Shown one piece after another: positions 52,601 through 64,000 of a stretch of DNA of 64,000 nucleotides. The notes beneath the pieces are model-generated. The model was not told the origin of the DNA. It did not search any database and was given only the letters and a program-made list of their open reading frames with translations. The DNA lies in the NCBI RefSeq assembly GCF_036321535.1, contig NC_087437.1, forward strand, positions 80,850,001 through 80,914,000. Direction: 5' to 3'. Origin of the DNA: Camelus dromedarius. Its lineage: Eukaryota. Position 1 is the stretch's first letter. Every line of letters begins with the position of its first letter. The position numbers and the translations under genes are program-made.

Positions 52601-54348
52601 AAAATACTATAAAAGTTTTCTTTATTGAGTGTGGTTTTTATCACTGCTGCGGTGACTTTCACTTTACTTATGGACGTTTATAAGTAGTGTTCCAAGTTCA
52701 GCTTTATGCTGGGCCATCTGCTTGGCTACCTTCAAGATCCCTCACTGCCAGGTGAATGGCAGTGAAAATTCTTGACATTATTTTGGTGACTGTAAAGAGC
52801 ATACTTCAGTCAGAGTGGTCTTTCCTCCCTGTTTTAAACTTCCCTGCTTAGGTAAGTAGAACACAGTATGACTTTGCTCAGTGTGAATAAGGGTTGGTGT
52901 TTCTTAACTGATCGTCACATACCCCGCACACCTGTGTTTTGCTCACCCTGTTCTCTTTGTGGGCAGCATTTGTGTTCTGTCTTCCGTGTTACTTCCTATG
53001 AGGCTTAATGATTATGCAGGCCTTCCGTGGGTCATTACAAGTGTCAGATTGGTTTAGCCAAGTGGCCCTGACTAATGAACTCTGCATACAAGATAATCTC
53101 TTAACAATGTTGTCTAGGAAAGTCTTCTCATTTTGCAAAATAGCTCTGAGTGCATGCAACCCTAAACTCACTGCGCGGAGGAACAGAAACGCAAAACTAC
53201 TGAGCCTAATAATGATTTCCCACATACATCATGGTGCTAGTAAGTAAGAAACATCAGCAGGGTCATAGGTACTAGGGTGGTTACCATTCTGTCTCTTGTT
53301 TCCTGACTTACTCTTTCAATAGTTGTCAGAAAAGTCTATAAAACTCTTTTTGATCATCACTGGCTAAGTGTAACAGACTGTATACGGGTGCTGCTCCTGA
53401 GGAAGTCGATTCCTCAGTAGGGACAAAAATGACAAGAATTAGAACAAAGGACATGAAAAATTAGAAAGTTATATGGAGATCTAGACAACCTTGTCTGAGG
53501 AAATCTTTTTTTTTTTTTTTAATTCTCCTCACCCAAAACCTCATACACAGTTTACAGGAAAAGAATGGGCTTCAAGACTATCATAAAGAAATAACAAATT
53601 ATTAGAGAGGAAACTAATCCTGATGGGAAACACATGCTCTCTTGTTTTTGCCGTTTGGGTAGGTTCTGTGCTTTTGGTGCTGCACGTACTGTTTGAAGCA
53701 GAAGGAAATTGTTGTTCTGAAGTTTATAAAAGTCAGATTTAGTCATGCGCAGGGTTGGGGAGTTGAGTGCCCCCTGAGCCTCCCGTCTCTGGAATACGTG
53801 AAAGAACAGGGGATTTTGCCAAGATCGGCTTTGCTTCCAGACTTTCCTTCACCACATTCCAGAGCAGAGAGAGTGAGTGGTGTTGGACCCGACCCACTGT
53901 CAGGATGTTTAGGATCACATGACACCATGCCGTGAGTTAGCAGGACTGGCAGTTCCTGGACTACTTTTATTTATATCCCATTAGGAGTTTTTTGGTGTTT
54001 TGGGGAGTTTTGGTTCTTTAAGAACAGATTTTATTCAGAGTATTAAGTATTAAAACCTTTCTTTTGTAATGAGCAGTTGTTGAAACACTTTCTCTAATTG
54101 CCTAAGCTCCTCCGTGGCTGTGATTTAAGCACATTTGGAAGCTGTTGCACTTGTGTCATGCCATCAAGATAGTGTTTACTTACTCATCTAGTTTTTATTG
54201 AGTAACCAAAGGAAAATTAATATTTTGGTAAGTACTTGGACAAACATATTAAAGGTTAATAAGTCTGAGGTTCTGAAAGATACCTCAGTTTTAGCCAGAG
54301 AAGAGCTTAGGCACTAATATAATCAGAGTTATACAAACACGCTTTTCT

Positions 54349-54369
54349 TTTTTCTTTTGTGTGTGTGTG

Positions 54370-54430
<61 letters not shown>

Positions 54431-54674
54431 ATTGAAGTATAGTCAGTTTACAATGTTGTGTCAGTTTCTGGTGTACAGCACAATGCTTCATTCAGTCACA
54501 CATGAACCTACATATATTTGTTTTCATATTCTTTTCGCCATAAGTTACTATAAGATACTGAATATAGTTCCCTGTGCTATACAGTATGAACTTGTTTATC
54601 TACTTTATGTATATTAGTATCTGTAAATCTCCAACTCCCAATTTATCTCCCCCCCCACCACCACTGGTAACCAT
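54349..54674 (-). mobile_element. L1 3' end whose tail is now (GT)n(TA)n; TA tract at about 54372-54430
   Basis: TSD caaaca(c/t)gcttttct at 54334-54348 and 54675-54689. Confidence 0.88.
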
Positions 54675-57354
54675 CAAACATGCTTTTCTGGTAAATGAGG
54701 AGATGTTGTTTGTTTTGACATGCCACAGCCGGACTGCAATATTATGCTTCTTGTCACTTTTAGAAACTTCCGGTACCAAAAAGAGAAGATGTACGTAAGG
54801 GTTCCCATAGGTATGAATGGAGCTGCTGGAAAGTAGTTCAGCTGGAAAGTGCGGCTGTGGAGAATGTGCATGAGAGCTCAAAGAGCCATGGCCCGTGAGT
54901 CTAGGAGTGGGGTTCACACACTGGGAATTAGGAACTCATCCAGCCTTCACAACTTCATGATGTGCCTGAATACTGTGCAATTAGAATACTTTCTTCATCC
55001 AGGAAATCAGGTCCACTGACTGATGGTTCCAGCATAATCACAAGATTTCTAAAACTTCCAGGACCAAATATTAACTAAGCCCTTTCTTGGAGGAATTACC
55101 ACACTGACAGAGAAGCAGCCACCAGCCCAGGCCAGGCCTAGCCCTGAGTATCTTCATTCAGCAAGAGTTTATGGAATGCCTGCTAGATGCTGCTAGATGC
55201 CAGGCACTGGGCGAGGTGCCAGAGGAACAAGATGGAGGAGCCACAGTCTGACGTTGAGGCGCTCACAGACTAGGTGGGTGATGGATGTGTTCATAACTAA
55301 TGATGAGTAAGGGTGATAGATCCTGCCATAAGGGTGTGAGTACAGTGCTGGGTGGAGGCACAGGAAAGAGAAAGTTAAGTGCTGGTTGACAACAATGAAG
55401 AATTTTTGCATTGGAATGGTCCTTACGGGTACCTACTTCTACCCAATGCAGAACACTGTATCACCCAGCATCCCTGGCAGATGGTCACTTAGCTTGTGCT
55501 AAAGCCCCCTCTGAGGCAGCTCACTGCATTTTTGGGCATCTCTGTTTAATTAATTGACTCAAACTAATTTTGTGTGAGCACTTACTGTGCTGAGTCTGTT
55601 GTATCTGTTACCTCATTTAATCCTTCCCCAGGAGTAGGTACTTCTAATATCCCTCTATTCGGATGAACAGCTGAGGCTCACAGAGCTTAAGTAGTCTGCC
55701 CAAGTTCATACATCCAACAGTGGCTGGAACAAGCTCTTAAATCCACAGTCTGACTTCAAAGTTGTTCTTGATCTACCTGATACTCTCATAGATTCCTATT
55801 CCCTCATCTGCTGAGAAAAAGAACAAGTTTAATTTCTCTCCCTCATGATAGCTCTTCAAATAAATATTCCAGCAGAACATGCACTTGTCCCTGTGCCCCT
55901 TCCTCCCACATCCAGCTCTTCTCCTGTCACTCATTCTCTAAATTCTTTCAGATGTTCCTCCAAAGACATACTTTCCCGACCCTTCACCATCCTGGTCACC
56001 TATGGGGGCTCTCCTCTGTAATGGTGGCTTTCCTGAGATGATGTGTGCAGAATGACAGAGGCATTACAGATGTAGTCTGTCTACTGTGGAGTAAGGTAGG
56101 CAGCTCATCTCCTTACCTGAGAAGTATTCAGTGTGGCAGCAGCTGCATCACTTTTTTGGCTCAGGCTTAGTTTATTGTCAATATAGTTCACGGGTCTATT
56201 TCCTGCCCCCCACCTTTTGGCCTTAATTACATTTATCATTTGTAACTATGCCTCATTTGCAGCTTATTTTTTTGAATGTGCTCAATTCACATGGTGAGTA
56301 AGTCATACCTTAAAAGAGGAACAGCCAGAAACAATTCATCTTCACCTACATAGAAGCTGGTTGGTGCACTCCAAAGAGGTAGGTGGCTAAGCAGTTTGCA
56401 AGGGCTTTTGTTTGCTCCCTCGACTCCTGAGTTTTTCTCACACTCACGAAGGCATCCAGTTAACTCCTGATGAAAGCCTGGGTCGTCTTACTCTTCAGGG
56501 AGGACAGGACATACTCTCCCAGGCTTGTGGCTCCTGCTCTTCACCATGTCCTGTGGGATCTTGTCTTCTTGGAGCTTCCATGAGGATAGGGAAGCTGGAG
56601 AAAGAGGGCGTGTGTTCTGCTGGCAGGAGGAACTTTGCCAAGTGTTCTGAAAGACCTGTTCCAAATACCATTTTAGGAAGATGGCTTAAACATTCATTGG
56701 AGACTTATTTGAGGGCATCAGTCAATCTTAATATTCATTAGTGACTTGTGTAAATGTTTTAGTGGTGATTAAGACTTGAAAACTTAGATATCCAGTCTTA
56801 GAAAAGTTGCAGGGCCTCTGGTAATCCTGAAGTGCCACTGCAAGGTTTAGATAATTTGGAAAATTATTAGATTTTCAAGGTGAGCCAGATTTTAAATATA
56901 AAGTCTAGGGGCATCTGATAATATTTCAACAAAAATTTTTATAGTCACTTGAAACTGAATGGCTTTAAGCATGAAAGTATGTGTTTTGAGAACAACAACA
57001 ACAACAACAAAGGCCACGTAATTATGAATGGCAATTTTTTTACACTGATTAAAATTTGAGGAATACAGTTCATTTTCCCAGGGCTTTACATGGTAGAGAG
57101 AATCACCATGGAAAATGGCTGTATTTCAAATCAAATGTTATGCTCTACATTCACGAGTTATTGAATCAAACCTAGAAGAACCATCTTTATGAACCATATT
57201 TTGATGCTTAGTTTTAATACTTTGAAAATGACCTCAATAAGTTGTTTGAAAATATTTTTATAGGGGCGAATGCAATCTGAATTCTAAAGAACAGCTCTTG
57301 CTCATGTTTATCTTTATGTTTCTTCATTGGGATAATTTGTTCTAGATCATTGAT

Positions 57355-57424
57355 TCACGAAGTGTAGTCCCTGGACCAGCAGCATTAGTACCACCTCAGA
57401 ACATGTTGGAAACGCAGGTTCTCA
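57355..57424. mobile_element. Partial MER5A-like relic abutting an L1
   Basis: aagtgtagtccctggaccagcagcattagtaccacc...gaaacgcaggttctc. Confidence 0.55.
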
Positions 57425-57429
57425 TATTA

Positions 57430-58215
57430 GAGTTCTCTTTTCTCCGTATCCTTGCTAATATCTGTCTTCTTTTTGATGATGGCCATTATGACAGGTGTGA
57501 GATGATATCTCATTGTGGTTTTGACTTACATTTCCATGATTATTAACAATGTTGAACATCTTTTCATGTGCCTGTTGGCCATCTGTATGTCTTCTTTGGA
57601 AAAAAACGTCTATTCAGGTCTTCTACCCATTTTTAATTGAGTGTTTGTTTTTGTGCTCTTGAGTTTGATGAGTTGCTTATATTTTTTGGATATTAACCCT
57701 TTATTGGTCATATCATTTGCAAGTATTTTCTCCCATTTAATAAGTTTTCTTTTGATTTTGTTGATGGTTTTCCAGTGGACAAATTAAGGTTTTCTGTATA
57801 CAGTATCATGTTATCTGCAAATAGTGACAGTTTTACTTCTTTTCTTCCATCTTGGATGCTTTTTACTTCTTTTTCTTATCTGATTGCTATGGCTAGGACG
57901 TCCAATACTATGTTAAAAAGAAGTGGCAAGAGTGAGCATCCTTGTCTTGTTCCTGAATTTAGAGGAAAGGCTTTCAGCTTTTCTCTACAGAATATAGTGT
58001 TAGCTGGTTTGTCATAAATGGCCTTTATTATGTTGAGATATGTTCCCACTATACCCACTTTGGTAAGAGTTTTTATCATGAATGGTGTTGAATTTTGTCA
58101 AATGCGTTTTCCATGTCTATTGAGATGATCATGTGAATTTATCCTTCCTTTTGTTAATGTGTATCACATTGATTAATTTGCAGGTATTGAACCATCCTTG
58201 CATCCCTGGAATAAA
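57430..58215 (-). mobile_element. L1 ORF2 fragments with an internal deletion near 57775
   Basis: Peptide 57876..58079 (KAIYDKP...[17 protein letters not shown]) is the L1 RT QG motif, joined to an ORF2 C-terminal segment. Confidence 0.85.
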
Positions 58216-58899
58216 TTTAAAAGACTTAAGTTTTTAAGTACAAGTATGCTGTCTGATACTCAAACAGATTTTTAAGAAAGAATTATCACTGTGTTACCTA
58301 AGGATTATGCTTGTTCTAAATATCACAGGCACTTTCAACTGAAGAACTATTACTTGTGACATATATATATATATATATGCTATAGGCATATGGTAAAATA
58401 ACAGTACATTTTATAATAATTGATTACAATTTATTGTTTTTTCTAAAAGGGAGATTCTAAGAACTCCCCCCCCATTTTTAGCTGCTATGACACTTTACAT
58501 ACTATAAAATGTAGTATTTCCCCACTGTCTGACATAGTGTTGTGTCAAGCTGACCATTCTTACTCTGCTAGAGAATTCTTTATTTTTTTTAACTGACCTG
58601 AGGCTTAGTTCTTTTTATACACCATCTCCAGGATAATGAGGGTCTGTAATTAAGAGAAGCTCATAATGAGTCTATTACTCTTTGTGGAGATAGAGGGAAG
58701 AAAGTATTTCCATTTCATAGCCAAGGAAACATACATAGACAAAACCACCACAAAAGAGTGGATAGGATACAAATTGTAAAGTAAAGATTTTGATTTCCAT
58801 AGTAAAAGTGGACCAAGGTTTCCAAATTAGTTTTGGAAACCTAAAGATATCACTTTTATTTGGCTAAATTGAGAGAAAGACAAAATGTGTTCTTTAGAC

Positions 58900-59201
58900 C
58901 ATTGCTGTCTAGTAGAAATGAAATGTGGGCTATATATGTATTCTTAAATGTTTTAATAACCACATTAAAAAGTAAAAAGCAATAGGTGCCATTCATTTTA
59001 ATAATGTATTTTACTTGACTGAAGGTGTACAAGATACTATGATTTCACCATGTAATCATTACATAAAGAATGAATGGAATATTTTACAGCCTTTTTTTGT
59101 AATAAGTCTTCAAAATCACAGCACACCTCAGTTAGAACTTGTCATATTTTAGATGCTCAATAACCACTTGTGGCTGGTGGCTACCATATTAAACAGGACA
59201 A
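58900..59201. mobile_element. MER3/MER33-type hAT-Charlie relic
   Basis: cattgctgtctagtagaa...gtggctggtggctaccatattaaacagg. Imperfect 8-bp TSD ctttagac / ctctagaa. Confidence 0.75.
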
Positions 59202-60814
59202 CTCTAGAATCTCCTTTTTCTACCCTTGCCGGCCACTCCCACTCCCTTTCCCATGCAAAATACAAAATGTCTTTGCAGAAATTGAGTTCTCTGTCTTTTA
59301 AAGTGTTTGTGCAGAGGCTAGGTAACCACTGCTCAGTGGGAATATTGTGAATAAAGACCATCAGATGGATGTTTGGACAGGAAATACCTTAAAATCCCTT
59401 GCAACTCCAAAGTTCTGTGATGCTGTGATACTGAAAAATGAATCATGGAATTTTGAGTTTGGAAAGAACTTTCTTCCATGTTAGCCATGCAATTTCCTGC
59501 CATTACCTTCTGATTTGTAATTTACCTTTTCTCTACTTCTAATATGAATAAAATGACCATATGCAGAATGCTATGTAGTTCATAAACCCTCTTATAAACA
59601 TTAATGTTTATTTCTTCAATCATTTAGTAATGACATATTGAGTCTCCACAATGTATTAGTCGCTGTGCTGGAGCTGGAATGCATTAACCACAGTGGGTGA
59701 GAGAGGCATGACCCCTGTGCTTATAGAGTGTTTGAGCTATCCTGTTCCTATTCTTCCTTATCCCTGGTTTCTGGAATCCCTCTCCTTGTTTGGCTTGAAT
59801 CACCAGGAGCCACAAACCTACTGATATGAAAATAGTGGTCTGATTTTGCTTTCTGATATGAAATGTCAAACCTCCCCAAAGGGCAGTTTTCAGTGAAGAG
59901 AAAACTGAGGTTGGGTTCACTGCTTCTCTGGTGTGATTGAGGCATTAGAAATAAGGGATCTTTTTTCAGCATTTAAGAGAAGTAGAATCTGCTGTGGTTG
60001 AGCTACATGTCACCTGGAATTGTAGTTTGCATTAAAAACTCCTTTGCTCTCAGCCAACTGCCAGGCAGACACTTAATCTCCTTTGATTCTCTGCTGCACT
60101 TTTTTATGCCCTATCCAAAAATTCTGAAAGAATTAAAGCTTCTTCTGAGCCATGGTTCATCAGTTATGATGTTCCTGCTTTAGAGAAAGAAAAAACCCAG
60201 AACCTTCTGGTATCAGAAAACCCGGAGTTTATCCCAATAGGAAAAAAAGTAAGGATTTATGACCAAGAAAGACCATTTATTGAAGTATTTTATGGATTTG
60301 ATTATAATTCTGCCTAGTAAGTCTGAAAATTCTCCATCTCAATCTTATTTAGTTCTTTAATGATCTCAGTGTATTTTGTGAATTCAGTTTCTCAGTTTCT
60401 AGATACTACTGGCATGTCTTCTAGCAGCTGCGTGTTACCACCAGAGAGCAGCAGAGATTGGCAGTTAGTTAATGAGTATCCTAAATCCCAAAAGACACAG
60501 GAACTTGACCACTTGATTTAATCTCATTAATTAAATGACAAAGAAGAAAAAGAGGAGGCTGAATAATAACCAGAACTTTCATTGGCCTGTCTTCCCACCC
60601 TTTCACACTTTCTTTCTCTGAGGTGTGTGTGTAAGTATGTGATTTTAATAATTTATGACATTGGTTGGGGAGAGTGTTTTGACTTTTCTACAGGCTTTGG
60701 AGATATGGGTCAAAACACAACTCTTATTCCACACTTATCCACACATAGACTGATCAATGAACCTGAAGGCAGGGAATCCAAAATTTTGGGAAGTGCAGTG
60801 CTGTTCCTCTAGAC

Positions 60815-61030
60815 CAAGGGTCATCAAACTACTGCCCACGGGCCAAGTCCAGCACACTGTTTTTGTAAATAAAGTTTCTTTGGAACCCAGGTACACCTTT
60901 TGATCATGTCTTATCTTGGGCAGCTTTAGTGCTATAATGACAGAGTTGAGTGACCAAAGGAGACCATATGGCCTATAAAACCTAAATTATTTACTATCTT
61001 GCCCTTTACTGAGAAAGTTTTCTAACCTTG
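60815..61030. mobile_element. MER58A-type hAT-Charlie relic
   Basis: TIRs caagggtcatcaaact...agttttctaaccttg. Imperfect 8-bp TSD ctctagac / ctctgcac. Confidence 0.8.
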
Positions 61031-62999
61031 CTCTGCACTATATTTTGTTTTAAATTTAAATTATGGAAAGTATGGAGAAGCAGAAGGAGTCCTGGATTGG
61101 GACTTTCAACTATTGTTCTATTCCTAATTCTGCTACTTGGGTGAGTCCCTCACCATATCTAGCCCTAGTGTCCTCATCTGTAAATGGCGTTGGGGTGGGG
61201 GAGGTTGAACTTGGGAACATCTAAGATCCTTTCCAGATCCAAAGTTCTATGGCTTTTTGGTTGCCTTTGTTCTGACAGGTATATGACATATAGACAAGAA
61301 GTTTTTTCGGGGGTTATCATTTTTCTTGGTCTATGTTCCCCAGGCTCTACTTTTAATCCCATAGGATTTGTCAGATGACCGGGCCAGCTTGCACTACATA
61401 TCAGGAAAGTCTGGAGTCAGACCTACATATCCTTGGAAATTGTGTTCATTTCACTTAAGAGAACAGGGGAAACAGTGAAGTCAGTGCTTAGATTCCTTAC
61501 TGTAGCTAAGCAGGACTGCATTTTTCTTTTTCTGAAGTGTACATTTTGACTACGTCTCCAAACCTGTCTTTTATTGACAAGCTCTCTCTTTTTTTGGGGG
61601 GGTGAGTATAGTTATTAAATGTTGTACTAAATATTAACTCAACAATGTCTATAATTTTGCTCTTGAATATCTTGTTGAAATGTCTAGCAATCTGAATCAG
61701 TATTGATTTCCAAAATGTAAAAATGAAGAGAAGTTTGTGAAGTGAAAATTTAATACCATAAGTGGTTTGACATTTTAGATTATTCTATTTTTGATTTACT
61801 TATTGATTCATTAATTTAGCAACTATTCATTTAGTAATCTAATTAGTGTTGATAATACAGCAATGATATGGGAGGTAATTAAGTAGAAGTTACTCACTGA
61901 AAAATTTAGAAAACATAGCAAAGTGTAAAACAGAACCTAATTTAATCTAAGTATTTATATCTGCATGCTTTTTTCAAAACGTGATATTTACATAGCTAAC
62001 ATCCTTCAATATTAAGCCTAATATTTGTGTTTCTTGATTTATTTACTTCTAATCTGTAGAGTATTTCTTAGCAAGATGACTTTTTGGCATCTAAAAATCA
62101 CTTCTCAGGTTTTTGTGCCCCACATTTCTGATGTCTAGGAGCCTTTACAGTGCAGTTGTTTATAAATGTGTTATTACCTATATCACCTTAAGGACCTTTA
62201 AATCTGTGTTGCTAAGATGCTAGTCAAATTCTGCATCAGAGAAGGAAGAAGCTTGCTTTAAGAGGTAGTGATTATTATCTAACCATGTGCTCTGGTCCTT
62301 CATTTATGGGGATGAAGCTGTACCCTTAGCCACTGAAAGCCTTTTTAGAACAATTGGCTGGATGGAGCCCCTTACAGGCACACTCCCTTCCTTGTTCTTT
62401 CCAGGCTCAGAGATGTGTATGAAATATTTGGAGTTGAAATAGTTGAGTTCAAATCTCTGCTACTACCTAACTGGGTAGTTTTGGCTGAATCACTTAACTC
62501 TCTGAATGCCTTTGTCCTCATTTCTAAAGTAGAGGTAAAATATCGCCCTGCCTATCTCACAGGGTTGCTGCTGTGAAGGCAAAAAGGTAATGTGAGGGTT
62601 TAAATAAGAGCATGATGTCAAACCCTGATACCCAATGCAAGTACAAACTCAAGCTGGGGTTAAAATGAAGCCCAGCAGTCAGCGTGTAACCACAGCCCAC
62701 AAGGATGGACAGTTGACTTTGGGGCCTTCAAACCAGTTTAGTCAGTTGGACCAACTGGCTTTGCCAGTCGAAGTTTACAAATTCACTAGAGTAGACTATT
62801 AAGTTCCTCCACTGATCAAATCAACAAATACATGTTTGATGTGAACTATGTGCGCGACACTGGGCTTGTGTTGTAGAAGAGCTAAAGAAGCTCTCTGCCC
62901 ATAAGAGCTGCCTGTTCAGAAGGTAAAGGTATCAGCCAAGTGTAGCAGGAAAACAGAAAGCACGTTAGGTTCCCAGCAGAGGGATTTATGTGTTTAAAT

Positions 63000-63500
63000 T
63001 TTTACTTTGAAGCAGTCGTAAACTTTCATCATCTTGTCACTTTTGAAGATTATAGGCCATTTATTTTGTAGAATATGTCTGAATTTGGCTTTGATGTTTC
63101 CTCATGATTAGATTCAGGCTACACGTTTGGTGAGAAAACACAGGAGTGATGCTGTGTTCTTCTGAGTCCAAGCAGGTGGCACACATTTTTGATTTTTCCT
63201 GTTATTGATCATGTTCACTTTGATCACTTTCTTACATGTCTGTCAGACTTCTCTACCATAAAGCTAATCATTTCCCCTTTGTAGCTACAAAGTATTTGAG
63301 GAGATCACTTACTTTGGAACTAGGTAAGTACCCTGTTTCACATCAAACTTTAATTAATCCATTTATATCAATATAAAATCTTGGTTTCATAATTTGTTCA
63401 ATGAATTATAATGTTATCATTATTTTGATGTTCAGATTGTCCCTAATTTAGCCAGAGGGAGCTCCTTCATGCTGACTTCTGTGTCCTTTGGGCATGTCCC
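63000..63500. mobile_element. Ancient L1 (L1MC-like) 3' fragment
   Basis: gatgtttcctcatgattagattcaggcta...ggagtgatgctgtgttcttct resembles old L1M 3' UTRs. Confidence 0.55.
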
Positions 63501-64000
63501 CTTCAGTCAGACCTGAGAGCCAGCTCTCTTTGTGATGTGTTCAGGCCTGGCCTCTGCAGCAGGTCAAAGGCTGGGAGCAGGGATTCCGCATGTCGTTTGA
63601 CTTCCCTCCTTCACGAGCAAGCATGGACTCCGGCTTTGGGCCTCAGGTTTATGGAAGTCTGGTGTTGGCTCAGCACTTGGATGGAGGAGCAAAATGATAT
63701 ATAAACAATATGCTGCTTGTATGACAGTCAAAATGCTACCCTCTGTTCATGGGACAATATTCCTGTGCTCCTGCATAGAGAAAAAGAAAAACAGTGTTGT
63801 TATTATGGTTTGGTAGTTTATTTGAGTATTTTGCTGTAAAATGTCACCTGCTAAGGCTGAGTAAAGGTCAGCTTTTAGGTTTAGGTTTATATTGACCAAG
63901 TTTCTCACACATCCTATGTTGAGGATTAATTATATACATTCCAGAAGGTTACTCGTCAAATACTGGAGATTAACATCACAGACCTTAGGAGATAGTGTAC

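Noticed and set aside
42100..64000. An additional protein-coding gene or processed pseudogene downstream
   Set aside because: No ORF outside L1 relics resembles a protein I recognise, and no consistent exon chain was found. Small or non-coding exons cannot be excluded.

Overview
Mammalian genomic DNA, most likely a camelid (alpaca/camel), inferred from four copies of a tRNA-Ala-like SINE. There are no prokaryotic features. The + strand carries the 3' part of IMPG2 (interphotoreceptor matrix proteoglycan 2 / SPACRCAN): 12 coding exons from 3391 to the TAA at 36142-36144, numbered 8-19 by analogy to the human gene as I recall it. The exons splice in frame to 2934 nt (977 aa + stop) and encode part of SEA-1, a Ser/Thr-rich mucin/GAG region, SEA-2, two EGF-like modules, a transmembrane helix and a cytoplasmic tail. 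A long 3' UTR follows (to about 40.1 kb), then about 24 kb of repeat-rich intergenic DNA (L1, L2, MIR, hAT MER and MaLR relics). I found no new multi-gene system. The most notable details are: (1) loss of the ancestral exon 17 acceptor AG, with an in-frame downstream CAGCAG as the likely rescue; (2) a TSD-flanked mini-insertion that looks like a retrocopy of a prematurely polyadenylated L1 RNA; (3) a 21-nt symmetric microexon in SEA-1 that creates an EESGSG motif; (4) an NPVY-to-NPVF change in the tail; (5) an intron 18 read-through stop that would remove only the last three residues. Comparisons with human IMPG2 and repeat family names come from memory and need alignment or RepeatMasker confirmation.
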